64,000 bases of DNA from the human T2T-CHM13v2.0 reference genome, Homo sapiens. The stretch is from assembly GCF_009914755.1 (NCBI RefSeq), contig NC_060929.1. One strand, written 5' to 3'. Shown piece after piece: positions 44,171-59,310 of this stretch. The translations under genes and the position numbers were made by a program. Under the pieces are notes generated by a model. The model was given only the letters and a program-made list of their open reading frames with translations, was not told the origin of the DNA and ran no database searches. Every line of letters starts with the position of its first letter. Within the stretch, counting starts at the first letter, position 1.

Positions 44171-44299
44171 ACAGTCAGGGGGATGGAGGGTTTTGTTTTG
44201 TTTTTTAATTTGCTTGAAATTAGACTTCCTGGTAAGTGCATGGATTTCAGTAATTCCGTATTGTACAGCTAAGGATAAGATGAGTAATCAATTTGTTGG

Positions 44300-44368
44300 A
44301 AGGATGAGTGGATGGATGGATGGATGGATGGATGGATGGATGGATGGATGGGTGGATGGATGGATGGA
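44300..44368. repeat. (GGAT)n microsatellite
   Basis: Direct tandem, ~16 units. Confidence 0.95.
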
Positions 44369-44749
44369 TAGCAGGCAGGTTGTGTGCTGGGACACTCATG
44401 AAACCATCTCAGGGAGGGAAGATTGACTGGGGAGGGACAGGAGGCAGGAGCCCCATCAGGACACTTTTGTCCCAACCCCTGCAAAGTCAAAAAAGACCTG
44501 ATAGAGGAAGCTCCTGGAAGAAGACTTTAGATCTGTTCTCAGAAAAGTTGTTGTGTTTGGTCAAATGAAGGCACTGGGGCCAAAGAATCCAAAAGGGGTC
44601 CAGTTCATCCCAGAGGAGACTGGCTTTGGAGCTGGATGTGCAAGGTCCGTGGTGACCTGCCTGGTCCAGAGCAGAGGGGCTAGAGGAAGCTTGAAGGATT
44701 GTATGTGATATTACTACTTCCCATTCCTACATTTTACAAAGCACTCTGA

Positions 44750-44960
44750 CAGTGTGATAATGATGATGATGATTGTCACCTACTGCCCACCTACTATGTG
44801 CTAGGCCCTGTGCTAAGCACTTAAAATGCTTTGGCTCATTTAATTCTTACCACAGTCTTGCATGGGCCATACTATCCCAACCCCACCTTGCCCCCCTTTT
44901 GCGGATGAGGGCACAGAGGCTCAAAGAGGTGAAATAACTTGTCCAACATCACACAGCTGC
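44750..44960 (-). mobile_element. MIR SINE remnant
   Basis: ctactatgtgctaggccctgtgctaagcactt...ctcatttaattctt...gaggctcaaagaggtgaaataacttgtcc. Confidence 0.8.
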
Positions 44961-45704
44961 TGAGTTCAGTTAGACCTTCCACCTCTCCAGGTCTCCTTTA
45001 TTTGTAAAGCACTTTGGATATTTTGTGCTGCCCAACTCGGCCTTGCCTAAGCGCAGGTCTGAGTTGGTGTCATTTCCTACAGCATGCTAAGTGTATGGTG
45101 TGGCATTTCCAGGTGTTCTTGCTGGAGATAAATGTAGGAGGGGGTGATGTCATAGGGGGTGAGGTAATCATGACAATATGGGATTGAGCGATGCCTCAAG
45201 GTGCCTTCTGGGAAAAGCTTTGATGCTGTTTGGTGGAGGAATGGATCTCCTATTTGATCTCATTAATGAGCAAAGCAATGCATCAAAGCCATGATTCCAA
45301 AGTTGCTTTCTGGACACCTATAATCCCCAAGGGCTTCATGAAATGTCCCTAAAGTTGCCCAACTAACACTTCATTTGACCATAAGTTTATAAACAGTTAT
45401 TCACTAAAAACGATGCACATGAAAATAGCAAGGAGCTACTAGTATTCCATCGATCAGATGGGCAAGATTTAAAGCCCTGATAATAGCCATCGTTGGAGGG
45501 GTGGGGAGGGATGAACAGGCATCTCTCGCACTGCACGAGGCTGGTGGAGCACATACTGATAACGTCTTTCTGGAGAGTAAGGGGGTATTGCGCATCAAAA
45601 GCCTTGGGGTTGTGCATATGTTTCGACACAGCCCTTTCACCCTGGGGAGTTTATTAAGGAAATAATTAGGGACACAGTTATGAAGAGAGTCATTGGTGAG
45701 GTTT

Positions 45705-45900
45705 TGGTGTGCCAGAGCCAGCTCACACAGGCTCTCAAGGACTGTGCTGCTCTCTCGGTGACATGTTGGCAGCTTCAGTGATATTGGTAGCTTGAAATCG
45801 GTCATGGTGGGAATATTCACACTAAGACAATTTTTTTGCAAACACTGCAAACCAGGGTTCTTCCCCCGAGAGAGCCTAGCATGTCCCAGTTTAACAACCC
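45705..45900. mobile_element. MER63-like hAT MITE inside an L1ME remnant
   Basis: ggtgtgccagagccagctcacacaggctctc...ggtagcttgaaatcggtcatggtgggaatattcacac. Confidence 0.75.
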
Positions 45901-45928
45901 TGGGTGGTTGTGAAAATGTATAATTGGT

Positions 45929-46343
<415 letters not shown>

Positions 46344-46468
46344 TCAGACTGGGGAGGAGTGTTTCTTGGTTGACACGAGAAATATTCCTGAGGGCCACTA
46401 AGTGAAGACAGCATTTGCAGAACCATAGGCACATTTTGATACCAAGCACACATATATGCCTGCACACT

Positions 46469-46469
<1 letters not shown>

Positions 46470-46499
<30 letters not shown>
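46470..46499. repeat. (CG)n(CA)n alternating purine-pyrimidine tract
   Basis: acgcgcgcgcacacacacacacacacacac; potential Z-DNA former. Confidence 0.85.
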
Positions 46500-47468
46500 T
46501 TGTACATGCATAGATTCTCTAGAAGTCTCTACAAGCATGCGTTAGCATCAGTTATTGCTAGGGAAGGAAAAGAGGAGAACTCAGGCAGGAACAAAATATA
46601 TAAGCTTACTTTTTACTATAAATTCTTTTTACCGTAAAGGCTTTCTTACAAGCATGCTATCTGTAAACCTTTTTAAAATTACCTTTATTAAAACATACCT
46701 CTGCTCCTTACTAACTCCGGCACAGAAAACAGGACTGGAAGCATAAACACTAAAATCTGAGCAGGGGCTTATCTCTGAGACTACCAGTGACTTTTAAAGT
46801 TTTATTTATTTATTTATTGTCTTCGGATTTCATTTCCTTCATGCTTTTCTGGGTTTTCTCCATGTCAGTAAAACATTATGTTTAATAAAAACAACGATCC
46901 AATTAACATGCCAAGTCCTTTTTTTGAGAGGGACAGGGTGTGTTGGAAGACTGAGGGTCACAGCTCTGACGGGTCAGCAGCATCCATTGGGAACTAAATA
47001 ACACTTGACCGTGGAAACAGCTTCCCAGCCCCTGGAGTTCCAAGGGGACGCCTGTAAGACGGTTGAGTTCAAATAAAGGCTAGTGCTGCTTGGGCCCATG
47101 ATTGCAGGTTTCCTGGGACAGATTTGAGGTGAGGGAATATAGTGACCAGCCTCCTGTGCTTGGGGAGAAAGGATGGGTTTGGGGTGAGAGTGGGAAGATA
47201 GATACCAGGTGGGAGGGGCAGGCTTGAGAAGACCTGGGCGTCCCTTGGGGAGAACTGGAGATTTGCAAACCTTGGGGGTGAGCAGGCAGGATGGCTTTGT
47301 GACTAAATGTGCATGCATTCATTCAGTAATTGATTGATTCATTCATTCATTCTACAGATAGTTCCTAGGTACCTCCTCTGGGGCAGACCTGGGTTAGAGC
47401 TGACATAAGTTATTGTAACTAATCCTCGTAGTCATACCGAGAACTCTGATTCCTATTTAAAAGTTGAG

Positions 47469-47778
47469 GGCTGAGTGCCATGGTTTGTCTGTAATCCCAG
47501 CACTTTGGAGGTAGAGGCAGGAGGATCATATTGAGCCCAGGAGCTTGAGACCAGCCTGAGAAACATGGCAAAACCCCATCTCTACAAAAAAATAAAATAA
47601 AATAAAATAAAATTTAGCCAGGCATGGTGGCATGTGCCTGTAGTTCCAGCTACTAGGTGGGGGCTGAGGTGGGAGGATCACTTGCGACTGGGAAGTCGAG
47701 GCTGCAGTGAGCTGTGATTGCACCACTGCACTCCAGCCTGGGCCACAGAGTGAGACTCTTTCTCTAACAACAAGAAAC
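47469..47778 (+). mobile_element. AluJ inserted in a MIR
   Basis: gaggatcatattgagcccaggag...gtcgaggctgcagtgagctgtgatt; flanking agttgagg repeat. Confidence 0.92.
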
Positions 47779-48654
47779 AGTTGAGGAAACTGATGCCCAG
47801 GGAGATGAGGTCACTTGCCCAGGTCTGTCTGTAGATGCAGGTTCTCTTTTGCTGAAAGGACATGTCTTCCTTTTAGACTGGAGGGACTCTTGCAGGATGG
47901 TCAAGGCTAGTGACAATCATCAGACTTTGGCAATTCATTTTTTCATCCCTTCCTTATTTTCTCTTTGGTAGCAAACATGGTAGCATCTCAGTGGAAGAAG
48001 GGATCTTTTTGACCAAGACCTCAACCCAAGCACTCAAAAGGGCCTTCTAGATCTGCTCACTCAGCACACAGATGAATGAGGAGGCTCAGGGAGACAGACC
48101 TCCTTCCCCTCGCTTCACACCACAGCCGTGCAGGGCTTAGAGGAGCTGTGGGCATGGGCGGCTACCCCACAGCCCCTCCGCTGCCCTTGCCTCTGCTTGT
48201 TATCTGCACTTGGCAGCCCCACCCTAATTGCTGAGGCCAGCAAGGCCCCACCCCTGACCCCTGGAACACCAAGGTCCAGGAGACGGGGCAAGCAGGCAGG
48301 ACTGCTGACGTGGGTGCCAGAGCCCCCAGAGCCTTGTCCTGTCTCAGCTTGGCCTTCAGTCCCAGCCCACCCTGCAGCTGATGAGTGTGACCTCAGGGCT
48401 GGAACCATGAGCCCGAGCTCCTGGCCCTCCTTCTCAGCCACTCTGGTTCGGACTAGCACTCTGCCCAGAGGCAGTAGTTGTATTAGAGAGAAGGAACTTT
48501 GGGTCAACCAAGCCTGGTGCTAATTCTGGCTCTATCGCTTAGTAGCTATGCCACCTTTACCTCTCTTTGTCTCATATTTCGAAAGGTCTTGGACCCTGAA
48601 AAAGGCAATAAGAGTGTGGGGGTTAGTGTCATTCATTAATAACAGCTAATGCAG

Positions 48655-49605
48655 GACTTCTGCTTCCGACCACAATGGAATAACACAGTCTGCACTTACC
48701 CTCCCATCTGAAACAACCAAAAGCCAGACAAAATATACAAAAGAATGGTTTTCAAGACACTGGTCATAGGGCAACAAAGAAGAGCAATCCTAGAACATCA
48801 GGAAACAAATGAGGCCAAGCTTACTTACTGGCTGGAGAGAGTTTCTAGGCCATAGCATAGAGTACAACGGAGACCCCAACAGTCTCTCTGATTGAAGAGA
48901 TGGAGCTGAGAGTCCAAGGAGGTTAAAGCTGCTAGAATTCACACAACAGAGTTTTGGACAGAAGACAGCTCATGGAGAGAGAGACCTCCAGGGAAAGTTG
49001 GAGGGTCTCCCCTGAGTATTCAGCTGAGCATTGACCAGTGCATGCACGTGAAGAAACTATCTGAGCCTGGGAAAGAGCCACCCAAGTGACTTAGATGGAA
49101 CAGCGCCTGGTGCTCGCACAGGGCCAGGACCAGCACCTGTTCTCTCCAGCCAGACTGGAAAGCCTCATGATTGACAGAGCATTAGATAGGATACTACTGA
49201 AAGTCTTACCTCAGCTGCCGAGAATAGTTGGCCCTGCACTAAACTCTGCTCAGATCCAGCCTATTAAATTTTAAAAGCAAGACTTGAAAGGATTAAACTG
49301 TTTCTAAGTAACTTAACTTTGTCCCAGAACACAGGAATACAAAAATATCCAGTTCCCAACAAGGTAAGATTCACAATGTCTGGCATCTAACAGAAAAAAA
49401 AAAAAAAGAAGAAGAAAAGAAAAAAATGACCAGACATGCAAAGAGGCAGGAAAATATAACTATAATGAGGAGAAAAATCAATCAATAAAAGCTGACCCAG
49501 AACTGACACAGATATTAGAATTAGCATACAATGACGTTAAAACATTTATTGTAACTGTGTTTCGTATGTTTGAAAAGTTAATTAGAGACATGAAAGATAT
49601 AAAAT
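48655..49605 (+). mobile_element. Old L1M 5' end/ORF1-region fragment (continues at 51770-52320)
   Basis: ttaccctcccatctgaaacaacc...gaatggttttcaagacactgg; cacaatgtctggcatc...gcaaagaggcaggaaaatataac...gacccagaactgacacagatattagaattagc. Confidence 0.75.
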
Positions 49606-49616
49606 AAACTTCTAGA

Positions 49617-51758
<2,142 letters not shown>

Positions 51759-51811
51759 AAACTTCTAGAAATGAAAACTTCCTGTGTGAGAAAGTACATT
51801 GGATGGGATTA

Positions 51812-52219
<408 letters not shown>

Positions 52220-52329
52220 TCAGTGAGCTATGAGACAACTTCAAGCAGCTTAATATATGTGTAATTAGAGGAGTGAAGGACAGAAGAAACATCTGAAGAA
52301 AGAATAGCTGACATTGTTTAAACCCAGAT

Positions 52330-52530
52330 CTAATAGTGAACGTTCATAGTTGTTTACTACACACCAGATGCTAATCTAAGCACTTACACATATTAACTCA
52401 TCCACTTACAATTCTTACAAAAGCCCTGAAATGCTTGATCTATCCCCATTTTAAAATGAAGAAAGTGTTAACCTCTTGCCCGAGGCCTGACAGCTAGTGA
52501 GTGAGTGAGCCAGGAATGGAATCTCAGAAC
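52330..52530 (-). mobile_element. MIR SINE remnant
   Basis: ctaagcacttacacatattaactcat...tatccccattttaaaatgaagaaa. Confidence 0.7.
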
Positions 52531-52844
52531 TTCAAACCTTGTCTCTGTCGTTTGTGAATGCTTTCCACATTAGCAAGCCACATCTGTCCACCATTTTTAG
52601 TGGCTGTGTAGTATTCCATCGCTGGGGTTTATTTAACAAATCCCCTGTGGTTGAAATGTGGTTTCCAGTTTTTCACTATCATGAAGAATGCTGCCCAGGA
52701 TAGCCTTAGAGCTGAGATGTTGATGCCCAGGTATATTCCTTGCCTCAGTTTCTAATAGTGGAGCAACTGGAGTCAAAAGGGCTCTTACTACCTATTGTCA
52801 AATTGTCCATGGAAAGTTTCTACAGCCCCCAGAAGCCCCACCAC

Positions 52845-53010
52845 TGACTTTCTGTGCTGCTTTGGACAAGTGACTTAACTTCCCTGAGCCTCAATGTCTT
52901 CATCTATAAAAGGAGAATACTATTCCCTACCTCTTGGGCTGTTAGGAGGATTCAGTGAGATACCGGGGTCAAGTGACTGTCACAGCACGCTGTGTGGCAC
53001 GCAGTGGGTG
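52845..53010 (+). mobile_element. MIR SINE remnant
   Basis: ttggacaagtgacttaacttccctgagcctcaatgtcttcatctataaaagg. Confidence 0.8.
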
Positions 53011-53019
53011 CTCCCTTTG

Positions 53020-53300
53020 TATGACATCAGCGCTGAAGGAGGAGGCGGTCAGTGGAGCTTCCTGCGGAGCTGATTTGCGCTGGGGGCGTGGGAGGAACGC
53101 AGAGGGGCGCATTCCAGCCTGAGGCCACCCCCGTGAGTCTCCCTGAGAGACCCAGGGCTGCTCTGAGCGGCTCCAGCTGGAGCTCTCCCTATCCTGATCC
53201 ACCCGCTGACTCACAGTCTCACCCAAGCCCTGGAAAAACAGGGCTTCGCTGTTTTCTTTCTGCGCCCCTTTCCCCGATTCTATCAGCTTCTTTCAGGTAG
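53020..53300. promoter_or_regulatory. Candidate enhancer/weak promoter
   Basis: Unique CpG-retaining DNA with CRE-like atgacatca (53021), KLF/SP gggggcgtggg (53082), TEAD-like cattcca (53110) and AP-1 tgactca (53207). Confidence 0.4.
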
Positions 53301-53598
53301 AGGAGGTTTACGCTTCATAGGTATAACACAAAATCCCCCCCTGCACACACCCACACACGCCCGTGTGTCTCCCCACCCCTATTTTATTCCCCTAGGGACC
53401 CACACTGGCTATTTTTCCACAGAGACCTCCTAGGGACACAATTAATGCCAGGAGTGCCCCTCACGTTGGGACTGCAGGCCCAGGGGAGCTCGGCTGCCTC
53501 CCTGTATCTCCAGCTGCACAAGCTGGCCCTGGGCCCCTGGTCATTCCCGTTGTGCCTTCCTCACAGTTCCACCGATTGGACCCAAACAGAATTTCCTA

Positions 53599-53897
<299 letters not shown>

Positions 53898-53958
53898 AGA
53901 ATTTTCTAACTCGAACCATCATTTCCCACTAAATCGAACTCAAGAAGAAATGTCTTCC

Positions 53959-54580
53959 CCCCAAGCCAGGACACCTGGAAGCCTGGAAATGGTGAGTGTT
54001 TGGGGACAGCTACCCGAGATCCGGCAGGGGCTGATTGGAAACGGCCAGAACCGGCTGTGGCAGGACCCCAGGCTCCCTGCAGGCGACTTCGGGATTTGGG
54101 ACCCGAGTTCTGGCGCAGTTCGGCCCTCGAGCTCCTCGGCCTCAAGGTGGGGTTGGGCCAGCAACCGGGACCCGGGGCGTTCTGTCCCGTCCCTGCCTGG
54201 CGACTGCGGCCCGGAAGCCTTCTCTGAGCAGCTCCGCGCCCGCAACCTCACAGTCTTCCCAGATTGTGCGGGGGCCACACATGACATAAGGAGAGTCCTG
54301 CCTTGGGTGTAGGGTTCGTGTGGGAGGAGCTGCGGTCCGTGGGGTCCCCAGTACGTTTTCTTTCTGTTAAAAATTAAACTGAGGAGCTTCTGGGTTGCTG
54401 AACACATGGGCGAGGCTGGGATGGTGGGACGCCCAGAGAGAGCAGGGAAGCGCTGTATCCCCCACTCCACATCTTGCTCTGTCATTCTCAGCATCTGGTG
54501 TTCATCTACATCCTTCGTAATGTCCTTTGTAATATATAGGTAAACAAAAAAAATTAAACTGAGGCCCTAAAAAAAAAAAA
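53959..54580 (+). pseudogene. Retroposed KRAB-ZNF exon 1/intron 1 fragment (unspliced retrocopy)
   Basis: ggacacctggaagcctggaaATG|gtgagt (TPGSLEM, like the exon-1 end of chr19p KRAB-ZNFs such as ZNF91), CpG-rich intron-like body, ATTAAA at 54553, poly(A) 54569-54580, 14-bp TSD aagaaatgtcttcc at 53945-53958 and 54579-54592. Confidence 0.8.
54385..54548 (+). mobile_element. MER21-type LTR fragment nested in the retrocopy
   Basis: agcttctgggttgctgaacacatgg...ttcatctacatccttcgtaatgtcctttgtaat...ggtaaac; bracketed by 16-bp direct repeat aaaaattaaactgagg (54369-54384, 54549-54564). Confidence 0.8.
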
Positions 54581-54749
54581 GAAATGTCTTCCTCCCTTCC
54601 CTTCGTTTTCTCCTCTAAGAACAGCTTTTAAAAATATGGTATTAATGTGGTTTTTAAAGCCTGCAAGCTAGTGTGACTAGAGATAAAAATCCTATGAGAA
54701 ATATGTTCTGACAGACTGAATTACATCTTATTTGCTAAGAAGGGAAGGA

Positions 54750-54910
54750 ACGCTTATTGAACACGTGCTATGCGCCAGGCCTAGGGCCTGCCACTCTGCC
54801 TCCAATCACTCCCTTCATCCTCAACAACGCAAAAGTAGGTATGATAATTTCCCAGGTGAGGGATGAGGCCCAGAGAGCCCAAGGGACTTGCCCAGGTCAC
54901 ACAGCAAGTT
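54750..54910 (-). mobile_element. MIR SINE remnant
   Basis: cttattgaacacgtgctatgcgccaggc...gaggcccagagagcccaagggacttgcccaggtcacacagc. Confidence 0.75.
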
Positions 54911-55209
54911 GTGTCTGGGCCAAGGAATGGCGCCCAGGAGCCCTGACTCAGAAATGGAGTAGGGGTCTCCTCCTCTGGGGGATGCAGGAGGCTAAATGAG
55001 TCCTTTCTGGAAACAGCTAGCCCGGTGAGCCAAAGATGGTCTTTCCTCACCTTCACCTCACTCTGCTTAACTCAGCTCTGTGCACACAGTGGGTCCTTCT
55101 TACCTAATGACTTCTGGGCTTCGTCCATCTGTTCCTTTGTTCATTTGTTGAGCACCTACTGTGTGCTGGCTCTGTGCTAGGAGCCAAGGACATAGCAGCG
55201 GGCAGATGC

Positions 55210-55558
55210 TGTCTTAGTTGGTTTGGGCTGCCATAACAAAACACCATAGACTGGGTGGCTCACAACAACAGATATTTATTGCTCCCAGTTCTGGAGGCTG
55301 GGAGGTCCAAGATCAAGGCGCCAGCAGATTCCGTGTCTGGGGAGGGTCTGCTTTCTGGTTTCAGAGATGGCACCTTCTTGCTGTGTCCTCACACAGTGGA
55401 AGGGGTAAGGCCGCTCTCTGGGGTCCCTTTTATAAGGGCGCAAATCCCTCATGGCCTAATCACCTTCCAAAGGTCCCACCTCTTCATACCATCACATTGA
55501 GAACTAGGATTCCAACAGAGAGGAATTGCTGGGGGATACCATCATGCAGACCTTAGTA
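55210..55558 (-). mobile_element. MaLR solo LTR (MLT1A-type)
   Basis: tgtcttagttggtttgggctgccataacaaaacaccatagactgggtggct...tccaagatcaaggcgccagcagatt...cctaatcaccttccaaagg. Confidence 0.88.
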
Positions 55559-55676
55559 GATGGTTGTGGCCGCTGCCTGCATGAGCTCACAGACTAGGGG
55601 AAAAGGCAAGAATCAAATAAGCTCATGATTAAATGCACACTGGGACCCATGAAAACTGTCACTAAGAACAAATGGA

Positions 55677-55990
55677 GGCAGGACACCATGGTTCATGCCT
55701 GTAATCCCAGCACTTTGGGAGGCCGAGGCAGGCAGATCATGAGGTCAGGAGTTCCAGACCAGCCTGGCCAACATGGTGAAACCCCGTCTCTACTAAAAAT
55801 ACAAAAATTAGCCGGGTGTGGTGGCGGGTGTCTGTAATCCCAGCTGCTTGGGAGACTCAGGCGGGAGAATTGCTTGAACCCAAGAGGTGGAGGTTACAGT
55901 GAGCTGAGATTCCACCACTGCACTCAAGCCTGGGTGACAGAGCAAGACTACATCTCAAAAAAATAAATAAATAAAAAATTAAACAACAAA
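55677..55990 (+). mobile_element. AluSg-like
   Basis: gcagatcatgaggtcaggagtt; TSD aagaacaa(a/g)tgga. Confidence 0.95.
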
Positions 55991-57666
55991 AAGAACAAGT
56001 GGAGAGGGGTCCATGAAGTTGGAGCAAGTGGGGAGGGAAGGGAAGGGAGGTAAAGGCACTGCTTCCTTGAGGTCTTCAGGGTGCTACCTGGGCAAAGGAG
56101 GAGGGATGGGAAAGACCAGGTGCCTGGAGAGACAGAACTGAGAGTGGAGAGATAAAGTCAGAAGACAAACAGAGGTCAGGCCAAGCCAAGATCAGTGGGT
56201 CACAGGTGGGAACTGGGGTTTGATCCCAGGATGATAGGGAGTCACTGAAGTGTTTTAAACAGGAGTGTGAGATGATGGGATTTGTGTGGATGGCACTCTA
56301 GGTGCTGTGGAGGGGAGAGGTTGTTGTGTGCGATGGGTTAGCATTAAGTTTGGAGGAGCTGCCTGGATCAGATGCTGGGAAGGCAGAAGGCACTGGGACA
56401 ACAGACACACAGTGCAGCCGCAAGGAATATCAGTCTCCTCCAATATCCCTCTGCTTCCTCTGCACCCCTGCTCTTTAAGAGACTTGTAAGAAATGTTGGT
56501 CCCTTTCATTATTCCTACCAGGGACCCTGACATAGTCCCCACCTGTAACCCTTACAGGCCACTTCCCCACATTCCACACATGCTCACCCCCCGCAACAGG
56601 CCTGAGAGCCAGGTGGTATTTGATACCAGTTTTACAGAGGTGCGAGCTGAAGGTGGACGCTGAGAAGCAAACTGCCCTAGGTCATTGGCTTCTAAGAAGT
56701 GGAGCAAAAATTGAGGCAGGTCCTAGTGGGTAGATTCTTTCAGCCTCACTGTCAGTTCATTGGAAAACAAACTTGTGCTTCCTGAAAGAGCAGAAGGAAG
56801 TACATGTCCACCCGGCCACAGCCTGCCACTCCCCCTGGCTGCTGCCATGGCAGGGCTGTGGGCCCCCCGAGGGCCGGGGCCTGCCTTCATTCAACAGTGG
56901 GCACTTTGTAAGTGCCAGATAGACGGATGTGACATCGCAGCAGCCCGCTCATTGGGGAACATGTCTCTTTCCTCTCTGTCCTTCAATTCATTTGTCACTT
57001 GCTCAAAATCCCTCTCTGGCTCCCCATCATCCTCCACCAGACCTCTGAGGACCAGGGCCTCTCAGCAATCAGGCTCTCACTCCCCTCTCCAGCTTCGTGT
57101 TTGGGATAAAGGATGTTTGAGGAGCCATAAGAACATCAAGCAAGGTTGTAAAAAAGAGAGCTCAGGAGTGAGGCCCAGGCCTTTTGGTTTTTCTATAAAC
57201 CATTGCTAGACCACCCGCTAAGTGCCAGGAATGTACACAGAAGCACTGTCCACCCCTGCACCTACAGCCAGCAGCTCGCAGCAGTGCCTAGAACCCCACC
57301 ATTAGAGCCACTCCTTTGCAGGAAGTTATGATCTCCCCACAGACCTCAGGAACATGCAGAATGATGGACAACCCACACCCACGCTGTAGACCTGTACGCT
57401 ACCGTCCAAAGAGGGCTGGGTTCTCAGGGAACTGCCTCACAACCTGCAGCAAGCACAACTCGAAGAGCTGTGGGAACAGGAAAACGAGTTTGAACTCAAG
57501 TGGAAATGAAAAGGTAGCCAGCCTGGGTGCAACTGTGCTATCTGCTAAGAAACATTTGGGGTGGTGTGCTTGCTATTGTACTGCTTTCCCACTTTACAAC
57601 CAGAAGGGCACTGATTGGGCATTTTACAGAGACTCCCTCGGGCCTGTCCTGCTGGTCAAGACAAAC

Positions 57667-57969
57667 TTTTTTTTTTTTTTTTTTGAGATGGAGTTTCGCT
57701 CTTTTTGCCCAGGCTGAAGTACAATAGCACAATCTCGGCTAACTGCAACCTCCAGCTCCCAGGTTCAAGCGGTTCTCCCCGCCTCAGCCCCCGGAGTAGC
57801 TGGGATTACAGGTGCCCACCAACTCGCCCAGCTAATTTTTTGTATTTTTAGTAGAGATGAGGTTTCACCAAGTTGGCCAGGCTGGTCTCAAACTCCTGAC
57901 CTCAGGTGATCCACCCGCCTGAGCCTCCCAAAGTGCTGGGATTACAGGCGTGAGCCACCGTGCCCAGCC
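57667..57969 (-). mobile_element. AluSp/Sq-like
   Basis: gagtttcgctctt...ctcaggtgatccacccgcc; T tail. Confidence 0.95.
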
Positions 57970-57989
57970 ACGAACTTCGACTCTAAGGC

Positions 57990-58165
57990 TGAGAGCAGCA
58001 CTTTGCAGCATTCCCGACAATGGAATCACAGGATGGGCTTATAAGAATGCAGATTCCAGGGCCTCGCTCACACCTGCAGAATCAGGGTCTCTAGGGCAGG
58101 GCCAGGGAGTCTGCATTTCAAATACACGACCCTTCGTGACTCTTATGCCCACTGAGGCCTGAGAG
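57990..58165. mobile_element. MER5-type hAT MITE
   Basis: aatgcagattccagggcc...gaatcagggtctctagggcagggccagggagtctgcatttc. Confidence 0.8.
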
Positions 58166-59204
58166 GCCCTGACACAGGAAGAAGCCCTCAGGGTGATTCT
58201 ATCTGTATCACTGCAGACAGACAGGAGGATTCTATCTATGTTGCTGCAGACGACTCAGTTGCTCTCCTTGGAGAACTTATTAACCCCTTTCTGGGCCACG
58301 CTGCAAACAAGAGTTCCTCCTACTGAGATCTGAGGCTGGGAGAGCCACAGACGGGGTTGTGTCTGGGCTGGGTCGGGGAAGGTGGACTGTAACTCACCAG
58401 GCGGAAGTGGAGTGGATGACCAGGAAGGGCACTCCAGGCAGAAGGAACAGCCTGCACAGAGGCTGGAGGCTGAAAGCACCATGGAGAGGAGAGGGAGCTG
58501 TATATACTAAGCGGTTTGGAGGACCGCTGTTGGGGGTCATCACTGGTCCTCTCTGAGCAGGATCATCTTTGTGAGATGAGAGTAGGTTTTGGTTTTGTCA
58601 ATTCTGCAAGACACACGGGTTCGCATTTCGACCCGTCTGAGATCGGAATGCCCTTTACAACAAACAGCATCTCGGGTTGGGCAATGCTGTGACCGCACCT
58701 GCCTCCCACGGCCACTGGGAGGGTTTCAGGGGAGAACGGAAGGAAAGCACCTCAGTGGCGTTTGGCACGGCAGGAGCCCCATCAGTGTGAGCTACACTCT
58801 GAGCTGGTGAGACCCTTTGGGAGCTGGCTTGGAGATTTCTTAAAGGGCTCCTCTCCTCCCACTTTCGTTCCAATGCCCTTTATGGCCCCAGCAATGCCCC
58901 GTAATAACTTGACTTTATGACAACAAACTCAGGTGAGCTGCTAGTCACAGCTGCTGGCTCAAATGGCACAATCATCTGTGTGGGTGGAGTTCTGGTTCCA
59001 TCACCCGTGGGCTGGGATCAAAGGCCTGTCCTTGCTGCCTGGCAACCCCCGCACTAGTTAATTAGGAGAACATTCAGCCTTTCCTTCCCTGTCCCATCAA
59101 GGTTTATTACTGAGGAGCAAAGGAGGGTGTGGGCTCAGTGCTGGGTTCCCAGCCCCAGACACATGCTGGGGCCTCATGGGGCCAGGCAGGGTGCCTACAA
59201 CTGG

Positions 59205-59310
59205 GCTGTCGTGACCTTGGGCAAGTCACTGAACCTCTCTGAGCCTGTTTCTTAATCTCTAAAATCAGGGAAAGGGCAAAGCTTTGGTGAGAGTTGCTGT
59301 GAGGAACCAT
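59205..59310 (+). mobile_element. MIR SINE remnant
   Basis: gtgaccttgggcaagtcactgaacctctctgagcctgtttctt. Confidence 0.8.

Larger units (their letters stand above)
55130..56320 (-). mobile_element. L2 remnant split by MLT1A and Alu
   Basis: catttgttgagcacctactgtgtgctgg...; resumes gagctcacagactagggg and gggagtcactgaagtgttttaaacagg. Confidence 0.65.

Noticed and set aside
53950-54312. 120-aa ORF containing TPGSLEM as a zinc-finger gene CDS
   Set aside because: Its first ATG lies in the target-site duplication, and after the ZNF-like ATG it reads intron-derived sequence; no KRAB or C2H2 motifs occur anywhere in the window.
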